DNA from: Rhina ancylostomus | Lineage: Eukaryota | Assembly: GCA_030265395.1 (NCBI GenBank) | Contig: JARFYF010000059.1 | Location: 16,309,206-16,373,205 of the forward strand | Direction: 5' to 3' | DNA: 64,000 nt | Shown: positions 52,575 through 64,000 of the stretch, piece by piece | Numbering within the stretch: position 1 is the first letter of the stretch | How the letters are laid out: every line of letters starts with the position of its first letter | Made by a program: the position numbers and the translations under genes | The notes under the pieces: generated by a model | What the model was told of the DNA's origin: nothing | What the model saw: only the letters and a program-made list of their open reading frames with translations | Database searches by the model: none

Positions 52575-52693
52575 CTGGACAGGTACATTGTACTTCTTCC
52601 TCTTCTGAAAGATTCCAATTGGATACACCTCCCTGACGTACAAAATCAAATGAATAGCCACTTCTAGAAATTCACAAAGTACATCTGCAACCA
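52575..52693 (-). CDS. MAD2L2: MAD2L2 coding exon 2
   Basis: [39 protein letters not shown]. Confidence 0.97.
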
Positions 52694-53020
52694 CTGGAGA
52701 GAGAAAAGACCAGCTGCTCATTGGGTGCAAGATCATGGAGGTACAGTTTATAAGTGTAAAGTCTGGGAAGCCAGGGAAAGGACACAGGACTATGCATCAT
52801 TTGGAATACATCCCACTGAAGGTTTCAACCACCTTGAGTTAAGTCAACATTTCCACTCCTAATCACAATCTGAAAATTCACTCATGGGCATCAGGATCAG
52901 GCGCAGAGACAGAAGGAAAAGGAAACAAATGATTAAAAAGAAAACAAAGTATTTCAATTTGTGATACAGATTCATGTATAGTAGTATTAACAGCCTAGAT
53001 TAAAATATTAAAAATTGCAC

Positions 53021-53060
53021 CTTGTCCAAAATTGAGATCCTGTCGTGTGAGAGTGGTCAT
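53021..53060 (-). CDS. MAD2L2: MAD2L2 coding exon 1
   Basis: MTTLTRQDLNFGQ; acceptor AG at 53073-53074 implies an upstream non-coding exon. Confidence 0.95.
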
Positions 53061-53409
53061 CTTCACAAATATCTAGAGAACAATATTATAACTGATGAGA
53101 ACAGCAGAATTTAACAAAGCCATAAGTGTCCCATTTCCAACAGAACAACTTGGATTATGTAGCAGCTTTAACAAAGCAAATACTCAAGGCAGGTCTTTAT
53201 TCATATTCAAAAGAACAGTTATCAATATTGACTGAATCACAAAGACAGGTCATAACACTATTTGTTTTGATTCTTTTTAGGAAAGTTATAAAAAGGAAAA
53301 AGGAGAGAAAACTAATTCCATGTTACATCATATTCTCTTTTGGAATATTGGTAAACATTTTGATTGAAGTCGTCGGAAGGACCAATTTGAATTCTATTAT
53401 TAATGCTGT

Positions 53410-54200
53410 ACCCGTGTTCGTGCCTCTCCCCGACCACCATCGCGGAGTGCAGGGCGTGTGAATGATCAACCTGTGGTCGGGATCGGTGGGGTACAGCTTG
53501 TGTGACAAAGGGGAGCCGGTGGGGCGTACGGAATTATTTGCGAATGTGGAGTTTAGGCGTCGCAGAGGGANNNNNNNNNNNNNNNNNNNNNNNNNNNNNN
53601 NNNNNNNNNNNNNNNNNNNNNNNNNNNNNNNNNNNNNNNNNNNNNNNNNNNNNNNNNNNNNNNNNNNNNNNNCTCCAGCCGCAGCCCTGCTGCTTCCCGG
53701 TCCCATTCGCCCCGGCCCCACCCATCCCCGGCCTGGGCCGCGACCTGCGAAAACTCCCGAGTCCGACCGGGCTGGGCAGCGGGCCGAGGGCCGCGAACCC
53801 CGGCAAGCACGCCCGACCTGGGCGCCATCACCATATCCCCTGCCCTGCCCTGCCGAGACCACAACCCTCAACCTCCTCCTCAAGGGCCTGACCTCCTGCC
53901 ACTAGCGCCGCCGCCACCGCTTGGGTTAACACAATGCGCCATGATGTCACCAGCCTGCGTGCTTGGCGTGCGCGGACGTTCCGTTGGACGGCGAGGAGCC
54001 CCGCCCCCACCCGATGACTAGCCCCGCCCCTCCCGATGATTAGCCCCGCCCCCACTCGCGGGTTGGCCCCGCCCCAGACCGGGGCCGCCCACTCTGACAG
54101 TGAGACCTGGGCAGACCGCCCCTCAGCTGGAAGTTTGCAGCCCGTCGGTGGAGTTAGGGCACAACAGAAGGGGAGAAGGTGCTGGTGCGACGAGTTCAGA
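53410..54200. promoter_or_regulatory. CpG island / MAD2L2 promoter with clustered Sp1/KLF GC boxes and a probable non-coding exon 1
   Basis: Four GCCCCGCCCC boxes at about 53998-54075; candidate minus-strand donor gag|gtcagg near 53891. Confidence 0.75.
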
Positions 54201-54646
54201 ACCGTTTTGGTCTGGCCCTGTTGGGAATTACGGATGAACAGCTGGNNNNNNNNNNNNAAATGAGAATGTGACAGGCAACTAGCAAGGTCCCTGAAACAGA
54301 TTGTGAAAACTAATGTTGCAAAACAAAATCAGTGAAAGTAAATGCGGATCCTTACACCCGAGATTGGGGAATAAAGGAAATAGAGATGTGACACAAATAC
54401 TTCATTTCTGTCTGTGTGGCTAAAGACACAATGGGCATCCAACAGCTTAATGTCAGGTTTCTCTTCAGTGTCTTGTTATGTTTAATTATGTTCGAGGTGC
54501 AATATCATTTGGAAAGTCATTGTAGAAGTGTGAAAGATAATTTTAGTAACCATATAACATTCCTCAGGGGCTTGATGAAGTGGCTGGGATATTTCTCCTA
54601 ACCTGCAAGTCTAGAGATTGAGATAAAAAAACGTCTTAACTCAAAA

Positions 54647-54900
54647 GGGAGGCACAGTGGAGCCACGGCCTCACAGAACCAGAAACGCAGGCTCACACAT
54701 TCTGAATTTGCACATTCTCCCTGTGACTGCATTTACAAGTGCTCAGGCTTCCTCCCACATCGAAACCGTTCTTAGGAAGTTGATGAGAAGGTGGGGAGAA
54801 TAAAAAATGGAATTAAAATATGATTTGTGTAAATGGGTGGTTGATGGTTGATTGGTCAAAGGGCATGTTACTATGCTGTATCCTTCTTTGACTCTATTGA
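54647..54900 (+). mobile_element. Degenerate HE1-like SINE
   Basis: ggcacagtgg head; tttgcacattctccctgtgactgc...gcttcctcccacat; CR1-like tail. Confidence 0.6.
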
Positions 54901-55849
54901 TAAGGAATCTTTGGAATTAAATACTTAAGATGAATGTGGATGTTCAGTTATAAAAACACAGAAATAGATCCATAGATTCTACAGAAATAAGAGGTTTTAG
55001 GATGGCATGGGATGATGGAGTTGAGGCAGAAGATTGTCAATGATCTTACTGAATGATGGAGCAGTCTCAAAGGACTGAAAGCCTTTTCAGATCCCATTAT
55101 TTTGTCATGGTTCTGAGTTCTGGCCCTCAATTTGGCTCCATTAATGCCTTGTTGTCCGGCACATGGATTCCATGCTGGNNNNNNNNNNNNNNNNNNNNNN
55201 NNNNNNNNNNNNNNNNNNNNNNNNNNNNNNNNNNNNNNNNNNNNNNNNNNNNNNNNNNNNNNNNNNNNNNNNNNNNNNGTGTTCTCTATTCCTTTGTGAA
55301 GATCCAGTTTGTGTTGGGATTCCTCTTCTGATCTCTGAGGCAAGATTCCTTCCAGGTACTGCCTGTGTTTGTCCTGAGGAAGTATCCTGACTCCAGTGTT
55401 GTATTGGTGTGCTACATTTGGGTTCTCTGTGAGTTTGCTCTCAATCAACATTGTGACATATTTAACTTCTTAGAATGGGGAAGCTGAGATACAAAAAGAA
55501 GATTTAGGTTGAGTGGTAATGCAGAAAATTATAGTTGTATATCCTGCTTTCATTGACTCCTCAAAGGAAGTTTATTGAGTCTGGGCAATACACAATATTT
55601 CCATCTTAAGTCTATGTATATGATCTACATAACAAGCATAATGTTATAGGAAGCTAAATGGGCATTGTGTGTCTCAAATGGTTCCTTGGATATTGTAAAG
55701 AGATAACATTGTTCTGTTTTCCTTTCTGCTTCTCTCCTTAATCCCTGTCCCTTCTCTTCAATTTTGCACCTTTTTCTCTGACCAAAGGTTCAGAATCTTC
55801 TTGACATTCTCTAACAACTCTATAAAGGAATTTCATCTAATCATAGTCA

Positions 55850-56275
55850 TACAAAATGAAAACAGGCCCTTTTGGCCCCCAGTGTTTGTACCAACTATCA
55901 AGTACCTATCTATACTGATCTCATTTTCCAGCATTTTGCCCATGGCCTTCTAGGCCATAGTATTTCAAGTGCTCATCTGGTTACTTAAATATTGTGAGGA
56001 TACATGGCTCTCCTGCTCTTCAAACATTCCTGATTTCAACCATACTTTGGTAGGGAAAAAAAATTCTTCCTCAAACCTCCTCTAGGTCTCCTATGCCTAT
56101 CTTTAAACCTATTATAGTTTCTCACTATCTACAATGACAATATTCTTCATAGTTCTGTACAGCTCAATCAGATCACCCATCAGCCTTTTCCATTCCAAGG
56201 AAAACAAACCCAGCCTATCTGAAGTGTTCCATCCCTGACAACAACCTGGTGAATCTCCACTACTAACCTCTCCTT
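55850..56275 (-). mobile_element. CR1/HER1 3' fragment
   Basis: aaacaggcccttttggccc...tccaaggaaaacaaacccagcctatc...caacctggtgaatct. Confidence 0.65.
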
Positions 56276-57099
56276 ATTCTCAGGGACAACTTAAAATTGA
56301 ACATTGACAAAGGATTCATGAGCTAGAAGAAAATCTCTGAATTAACTATCAAAACCCTGCATACCAACATTTGCACTTCATTTCATTGACTGTTGCATTG
56401 AGCATTGTGTGTTGGGTGGAAGATTGAACTCCAGCAGGAACAACATCATTCCCTACCATTGACACAAATAAGCTTCCAGATTCAGGAATGTTCCAGGTTC
56501 AGTACTCGAGCAATGGTGGATCAGCAAGATTCAAGTATATGGTTGAATTACATTTCTGATTCATTTTTACTACCACATTAAGTAATTAGAAATTATTCTG
56601 TAACAGTTTTTGCAGCCAGGACATACTGCAGTAAAGGGGTATGCATTGAGAGGTGTGGGAATAAGCAAGGCTTCCTGGGCCTCTGGTGGGTATATGTAGA
56701 TGTCTGAGCTTGATGTTACATTAGGCAGTGGCCAGACACTATAACTTCGATATCTCTTGGCTTAATTTTCCACTCTGTGTTATACTCCTTTATTGTGATT
56801 CCCTCCCAGCTGGGCAGCTTCCATAATGTTTGAAAGTATTCCATCTAATTTATTTCCCAAATTGTACAAATGGAAAAACATAGAGCCAAATAAAAACAGG
56901 AATCGCTTTTAATGGAAATCTTCATTTTGGAAAAAAATGATTTTTGTCCATATTTGTGCAAAGCCTTTTACATTTTTATTACCATTTTCTGGTTGTTATT
57001 TTAAAACAATAACATACACACAAGCAACAGACTGCAAATCACAACCAATCTGATCACCAATGTCTGTTTTCAGCTTCTAACTACACTTTTCCTTGCAAT

Positions 57100-57880
57100 C
57101 ACAGGAAATGCAACACCTATCATTGCACAACTTCCCTTCCCACTATATAGGAGTTCAAAGGCTTTAGGTGAAGCAGTAATTCACTTGGACTTCTTCCAGT
57201 CTAGCCTACTGCATTCAATGTTCACAATATAGTCTCCTTTGCATTACGGAAACCTCCAAAAGCATGTTAGGTGATTTCTTCACTGAGCACCTGCATTCAG
57301 TCTGCAGGGACAACCCTCAGTTTCCCACTGCCTGCCACTTTAATTCTCCATCCCACTCTCACTCTGACCTATCTGTCCATGGCCTCCTACACTGTTACAA
57401 CAAGGGTCCAATGCAAGCTTGAGAGACAAACACACATCATCTTCATGTTGCATCCTACCACACTCAATATCAAATTTTCACTTTTAGATAATTTACTTTC
57501 TCTGTATCAGAACTGGTCATTTCTGTTGTAAGTTATCCATCTGTGATATTGGTTCAGTTCTTTTCTCAACATTAGTACAGCCTGACCTGCTTTTATCAAC
57601 CCATAACACAGGCAAAGAGGCATAATTACCATATTATGCCCCCATTAACTCATTTGACTTGGCTCATCCTATCACAGATATTCTCCCTTTGTCCTCTCCA
57701 TCCCTCCCTGATCTTCACTGCAACTTAAAACTAACTTGTTTTTTTCTTTTCCCAGTTCTGATCAAGCATTGTTGAAGTGAAGTATTAGCTTTGTTTTTCT
57801 ATACAGAGATGCTGCCTGACCTGCTGAGTGTTTCCAGAATTTTTTGATTTTGCTTCAGATATACAGCGTGTGCAGTTTTT
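57100..57880 (+). mobile_element. Penelope-like element remnant, same family as 37700-38750
   Basis: taggtgaagcagtaattcacttg...tactgcattcaatgttc...ctgagcacctgcattcagtc; shared downstream gtatcagaactgg and agatgctgcctgacctgctgag segments. Confidence 0.7.
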
Positions 57881-59699
57881 TAATATTTTCAATCAAAAAT
57901 AATGTTGCTTTCAGATTCAAAGATTTAAGGTAATTAGCAAAAGAACCAGTGGCAAAATTTATTCTTTTATATTCAAATACAGCGAGTTGTTAAGACCTGT
58001 ATTAAGATCTGTACAGAATGAAAAGGTGATGGAAGAAAATTCAGTAGGAACCTTCAAAAAGGAACTGGATAAATTTTTAAGAAGGAAAAAATACAGACCT
58101 TGAGGAAAAGAGCAGTGAGTAAGCTCACTGATTGGATAGTTCTGTCAAAGACCCCTGGACTGCACCATTCTCTGATTCAATGATTTGCTGAACAAAGAGA
58201 ATCTAACTAGAAAATAAAAAATAATGTTTTCCTGTGTTTTAGAGGTCTTTTAACATTATGAAAGAATTTGATAGATTAAGTGTTTTTCTTTCTGAGGGAG
58301 ACTAAAAGAAGTGATAAATATAAGGTTCTAATTGGTAAATCCAATAAGGAATTGGGAAGTAAGATTTTTACCAGAGTGTGGGTGAAATGAAGACCTGCTA
58401 GTGCAAGCTGAAGTGAATAATTGAGATGAATTTCAGGGGAAGCTTGAAAAAAGAGGCACAAAGGAATAGAAGTGTATGCTGATAGAGTAAATTGAAAAAA
58501 TGGTGAAATGGGGCCTATTATAAACCATCATTTCCAGTACAAATAAAGTGACCTGTGTTTGTGCAGGATATTCAATGTGATTACTTTTAGCAATAAAACA
58601 TAATCAAAATCACTACTCCCTCCCCAGTGCCACTTAAATGCCCCAAGTTTAGAGACAGATGTTGTCCATGCAATAACTTCTGTGTTGCATTTTTAANNNN
58701 NNNNNNNNNNNNNNNNATTGCCACAGGTACATAAAATAAAAGAGGCATCTCCGCCATCTGCTAGCCTCCTCAGCTTTATTTTAATACAATTTCCGTGCCG
58801 TTTCTTATGATTTCTCGGTATCTATGACCCCCGGCAACTTCTCTTTCTGCTTATCAGTTTGACTGAAAACATTTTTCCTGCAATCGCATCTAACTGCTTA
58901 GCTTGAATTTTAGGACTTGCTAGACTCTTGATCATCAAATCCCTTCACTGTTGACCATTTTAAAAGCCAGAGTTTATATTGTATTTGTCCAGTCCCACTG
59001 TAACCCGATCTCTCCGTGCCAGGCCCATTCCAATGAATTGTTTCTGGGCTTTATCTAAACTGGTAATTGTTTATGAAGCACAGATCTATAGTACAATTGC
59101 TGTGATTGTGCGTCCTCGCTTTATGCTTTCTCCTGATTGAAACCAAAATGCCATTAATCTTTGTGATAATTTTTGCGTTTACCAGTTGGCTTTTTTATTT
59201 TCTGAATTTAGTACCTAACCTCCCAAATCCCTTTGTTCATCTGTCCTCAATGGTCCTTTAATTAGACCCCCATGTTAGTACAGTACTCACTGTGCGCTAC
59301 GTGAAACTGCATCTGCGACCGTTTGTCCACTCTCATCTAACAACCTATTTATAGCGCCAGCCCCTTCCAACTCTCGTTTTCCAGGATATTCCTTGGATTT
59401 ATTCGTATAGTTCCAAAATATTTCATACATTCAGTTCTTGCACCCGTTACCTGGGCGACCACACTTGTCACAGTCGCCAAACTGATAATGCTTCTACATT
59501 CCCAACCAGTTTCCCATCCATAACACCATGCTCTCTTCAATTGCATTGCCTCACATGTTGACCAACCCCTTCATCCCTTTCCATTCACCTTCATAGCAAG
59601 GTTCAGACAAAGAACCCGTTGTTTGGACACGACCTCCACACACACCTATTCACATCTTCATTTGTATTTTTCTGTATCTCTTGTTGCATTTCTTTATTC

Positions 59700-59940
59700 T
59701 TTCTGTTGAGTGCCCGCCCCTGTCTATCGCTGACATCATAGTCGGGAACGCGCCCGGGAGCGCGGATGTTCATTTCTTTCCCAGGTCTCTGAGATATTGA
59801 ATCTCCGGTTCTACTGGGTTGCCGGAATGGTAGCTCTCCGTGCCCCGTACCCGAGAAATAGACAGGTAGGGAAATGTCCAGGCCAGCATGATACTCAGTC
59901 CCAAGCGACGCGTTTTTGTTATTCGGCTCGCGGACTGTCG
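59700..59940 (+). promoter_or_regulatory. Probable DRAXIN promoter and non-coding exon 1
   Basis: Small CpG-enriched patch with a GC box (cccgcccc) and a tgacatca motif; donor cag|gtaggg at 59865/59866. Confidence 0.45.
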
Positions 59941-60028
59941 CATCTCATGGCACCTGCAACTCAACTGTAAATGGTTCTTTGACGATTTTCAGAATGTTTT
60001 GTTTATTGGAGCCTACACAAAAGCAGTG

Positions 60029-60032
<4 letters not shown>

Positions 60033-60059
<27 letters not shown>
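60033..60059. repeat. (TG)n microsatellite
   Basis: Direct observation. Confidence 0.95.
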
Positions 60060-61726
60060 ACCCCTGTCAGTGTTTGTCAGTGGGTGTGTATGCCTGCCAG
60101 TGTATGTATTCTCGCTCTTTCGAGTCGGTTGGTCTATCTATAAATCGTTCTCTTCCAAACTAAAAAAAAGGTGTCCAAGATGTGTTTGTCAAGCATTAAA
60201 CGTGAATTGGCTTGTTAAATTGATTGATTTGATTGCCGATGGTTTGTTTACATCGGGAAAGGCTTTTTTTCTGTTTAAATGAGAGGGATTTGATAGCCAG
60301 TTTTGTAGGGGCAGAAGTTCGTATGTTGTTTGAACCCTGGATGTTGGTATTGTGCGTGTATTGCACACCAGGCTGTTGGACGGCAGGACTCTGGCAGAGC
60401 TTTCAATATTTGACCAGGCGCGGGGGATACCAAGGGGAGGTCATCCACATGCCTGTGAGACTTGGAAACAATGCTTTGTGAATCTAACACCGAGCCCATT
60501 CTTGATTGTTTGTTGGCGGGTTTGAAGCCGTAGCCGATGGTGGAGATGCTGTTGGAGAGTATTTCGGAGGTATGGTGGTGGGAGTTGTGGGTGTACAGTG
60601 GAATATGTTGCAAATTATTCTTGAAGCTGGAAGAAATGTTTGGTCCTGGAGCAGATGGGAGGTGAGAGAGTGTCTCCTCAGGGAGCTGCAAATAATTAAT
60701 ATTATCCCTGTGGCATGGAGAAANNNNNNNNNNNNNNNNNNNNNNNNNAATGTAAATACATTTCAGAATATGACCATCCTTTCCAATCTATTACTCTCTC
60801 AGCGTTTTGAATAGTCACTTTTTATTTTGATAACTATTGTGCTGTGTTGTATTGTGCTTGTGTGTCACGGTTTGTAAAGACTAGTCTCGTGGTTCATCAA
60901 TCACATTGATCTTTTGCCTCTAAATTTCCCCCACCCCCTACTATGGACTACAGTTCCATGCATGCATTAGCTCAGCCACCATATGTCCCGTCATGGGATC
61001 ACCCGTGACACAAACCCTGTCCGCGTCTTATGCACGGGCACATATGCATTTTCTAGTTGGAAGCATTGAATGATATTCAGGGCAAAATGTCCCACCTGAT
61101 TTTCCTCTCCCTAACTCTAGGGAAATAAATATTAGTATTGTGGTTACAAGAGTGTATGTTGCTGTGTATGTTACCATTTTGTTTGGATATGCATGACTGA
61201 CAATGTCCTTGCTTTAGGAGGAAACTACTCCAATTATTTTCTGATATAGGATGGCCTTTGTGCACCACAGATCATGATGTGAGCATTGTAATAGATGAGC
61301 TGGGGATGTAGTTGCTCAGCTTTTTCCCTTAGTCCTATTCCATTTCTGAAGGCACCATCTGTCACTGGGGAATGGGTCGAGGAGGCATTATTGCATAACA
61401 ACTGAGTTGAGTTTCCCCCACTTTGTTTCCAAGGGATGCTAGAATAAATTGGATTGCTTCCATAATCATTCTAATTACATCAGCTAGAACTAAATAGCAT
61501 TTGAATTCCAAACCCTTTCCAGCCAATGAGTTACAATGCCAACTCTTTTGCATCTATACAATTGGGAGTGCTTTAACTGTCTTTACACATTCTAAAGCTG
61601 AAAAGTAGTAAGTGTGATTAATCTGTGTCTGAATGTTGTACATACCATAATGCCTGATCAACATTTGAAATCAAATTCATTGGTTCACCTCGCGTGTTTC
61701 TTCTTCAGATTAATCGTACAAAGAAA

Positions 61727-62195
61727 ATGGCACAGTGGTACGTCATGCCTCCTTTCCTCTTCATCTTGGCTTTTGATGTTCTGAGCCCGGTTTGTGCTCT
61801 GGAAGCTGATACCAGAGATAAGAAAAGCACACTGCAGCCACCCGACCCCAACAACAACCTGAAGAGACATGATTCTTGGCCAGACCTGCCCAGACCAGGC
61901 CGCAAACATGGCATACAGAGGAAGGACAAAGCCAACACTATGGTGACCAGAGTGATGGAGGGAGACAGACCAGATGAAGATGGTGTAGGATTGGAGAGTC
62001 TGACACCAGTGCGTGTGGAGACAGACAGTCTAGAAAGAGCAGCCATACTGGAGGAGGGAGCGGTGGATCAGAGTGGCCAGTTTTATCCGCGAGAAGTAGA
62101 AAATTACCGCACAGTGGAATCTGCAAATAAAGGGAAAAAACACAACAGAGATCAGAAAAAACAAAATCGGAGAGAGCGAGCCCGACACAGCAAGG
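61727..62195 (+). CDS. DRAXIN: DRAXIN (dorsal inhibitory axon guidance protein), first coding exon; gene continues beyond the window
   Basis: Acceptor ttcttcag ends at 61708; signal peptide MAQWYVMPPFLFILAFDVLSPVCA; basic KKHNRDQKKQNRRERARHSKG ending at a phase-1 donor gtaaga; divergent from MAD2L2 as in other vertebrates. Confidence 0.88.
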
Positions 62196-64000
62196 GTAAG
62201 AAGGACCTTGGAGAATGTACAGCTTTTATTTTAAACACCTTCCGTGAGCTGGCAAGATTTTCTAGCATTGGAAATACTCAGATTCTCATTCTTAAAATTC
62301 TCATTAAAATCTTCTTTGAAATCCACGTGTTTAATTATAGCTTTGATGGTTTGTTCTAATTTATTCTTTGTTTAACTAGCCTTATTTTCATACTGTTTTG
62401 GACATTTTTGTACAAAGTAGCAGTTATATAAATACATGATGTGGTCTATTTGTCTTTATCTTTTCCTGTTTCCATGTAACTTTCTTCCAGCATCTCATCC
62501 TCCCTTCACTTTCTTCTTCTTTCTGTGCTCTCCACACTATTCATTGCCTCCTTTTTTTTAACTTCATTTTTTTCTCCACTACTTCCTTAGTCTCTTCATC
62601 TCTCATTCCCTCTCCCTCTTAACATGTTAGTCTCTTTGCTTTCTCTCCTTTCCCTCATTCATTCACTTACTTTGCCCTCGGGGCATGTGTTATTTTATGG
62701 TTAATTGAGGTTATTGTTTATGAACAGATTGCAGTTTTGGTCATAACTTTGCTAGACAGGGCTAGCTGCACTGTATCTGCTCTACCCCCCCCCCCCCCAT
62801 CCTTGGGGGGTTTTGCTGCATTCCATCTGCACACAGTCTGCTCTGGTTCAATCCTTGCTCAGGGTCTATCTGCATTCTATTTGCATCCCTTTTACTTCCT
62901 TTTTTTGGATATTCCATGTCTGAGATATAAATGTGCATTTTAAAGCAAAAGTAATGTTCAATTGGCAGAGTAAGATTTTGCTGGACTAATATACTGTAGT
63001 CACATGTTGCCATTTGCAATAAGAAAATAATGAAAGGAAACAGGAGAAAAATGCAAATGAATATGAACAAGAATATTTTTGCTGTGGTTTGTTCAAAACC
63101 TCACCTCTTTGTTCATTGTGGGAAATAATAATCTGATATTATTAGGGAGCTCAGATCTCTCTGACAACTCTTTTTGAATTTCAGCTGCTTGGGTGATTGG
63201 ATAGGTCGACCCCTATGGTGAAAATGTAAAGCCCGTTGCACAGACTCCCTCCTATTGAGCCTAATTTGGTACAGCTGAAGGCAAGAGGCTTAAAGAAACG
63301 TTAGTCGCTTTCTGTGACTACACCTGCCTCTACCTGATTCTATTATTCAGAGCAACATTGTGCTTTTGTTATAGTCACTGCTGACACGCAGAGTTGGAAG
63401 TCCCAGTCACTGGTCACACTCAGGGAAAGCCAATTTTTTCTGACAAACTTCATTCAATTGGTATTTTGTTTGTAACCGCATTCTGTTCACGCTGTGCTGA
63501 TTGTTCTTAGAAAGGCAAATTGCCTCCAAATTCTCTACAGTGGAGTTACAAGTACTGATTGAAGCAAATAACTGCTCTGTAATTGTTTCCAAAACATATT
63601 GAAAACAGCAAAAGATCATCCTGATCTATGTTTAAATAAGCTCCGGTCCTCGTTGTACCTCACTGGGTTATTGTGAGAATAAGGCCCTTGTGTCCAAGGC
63701 CGTGTGTTTTATGCTCTCTTGGGTTCTGTAAATTGATTAGATAGTTCCTCCAAAATTAATTTCAGTGATCAATGAATTCTCCCAAAAAATCACTGACTTT
63801 GTCAGCATGACTTCATTAAAAGGATATCAAATGACAAGCAGTGCAAAGTTAAATAAAGACCAGTATACCAGTACATCTTAATGGGCTCTCTGCACCAGCT
63901 AAATATCTGCAGGGAGCCTAGTGAGTAGTCTGGTGGCTATTTCAAAGATCAGTGGAATTCTCTGGGGATTCCATTCAACATTTATCATCCATTCAACATT

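Larger units (their letters stand above)
45253..53060 (-). other. MAD2L2: MAD2L2 (REV7) gene, coding span; HORMA-domain protein, 8 coding exons, 211 aa
   Basis: Exons of 40+119+72+101+95+74+93+42 = 636 nt; [26 protein letters not shown] ... MQLYVEERAQ. Confidence 0.97.

Noticed and set aside
53323-54263. Long GC-rich ORFs over the MAD2L2 CpG island (likewise 29565-29935 and 42512-43164)
   Set aside because: Expected from stop-codon scarcity in CpG islands and from N runs; no recognisable domains.
62196-62359. C-terminal extension of the 221-aa ORF as part of DRAXIN
   Set aside because: It lies past a strong phase-1 donor (G|gtaaga) and is intronic read-through.

Overview
Vertebrate genomic DNA, almost certainly an elasmobranch (shark/ray), inferred from the HE1-type V-SINE, CR1/HER1 LINE, DeuSINE and Penelope repeats. 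It is a draft assembly with several 100-N gaps. Five spliced protein-coding genes were reconstructed exon by exon with GT-AG boundaries and consistent phases: EMC1 (- strand, 22 coding exons, 961 aa), MRTO4 (+, 8 exons, 234 codons, head-to-head with EMC1), AKR7A2-like (-, 7 exons, 346 aa), MAD2L2/REV7 (-, 8 coding exons, 211 aa) and the first coding exon of DRAXIN (+; the gene continues past the window). The most notable observations are: an in-frame TAG (E84*) in MRTO4 exon 4; a regularly spaced conserved-core/variable-spacer array in the EMC1-MRTO4 bidirectional promoter; many degenerate minimal hammerhead-ribozyme motifs in Penelope-associated repeats, including a head-to-head palindromic pair; absence of a tetrapod EMC1 exon; and AKR7A-MAD2L2 adjacency. 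I cannot support a wholly new biological system with high confidence. Repeat boundaries are approximate, and human comparisons are from recall rather than a run alignment.
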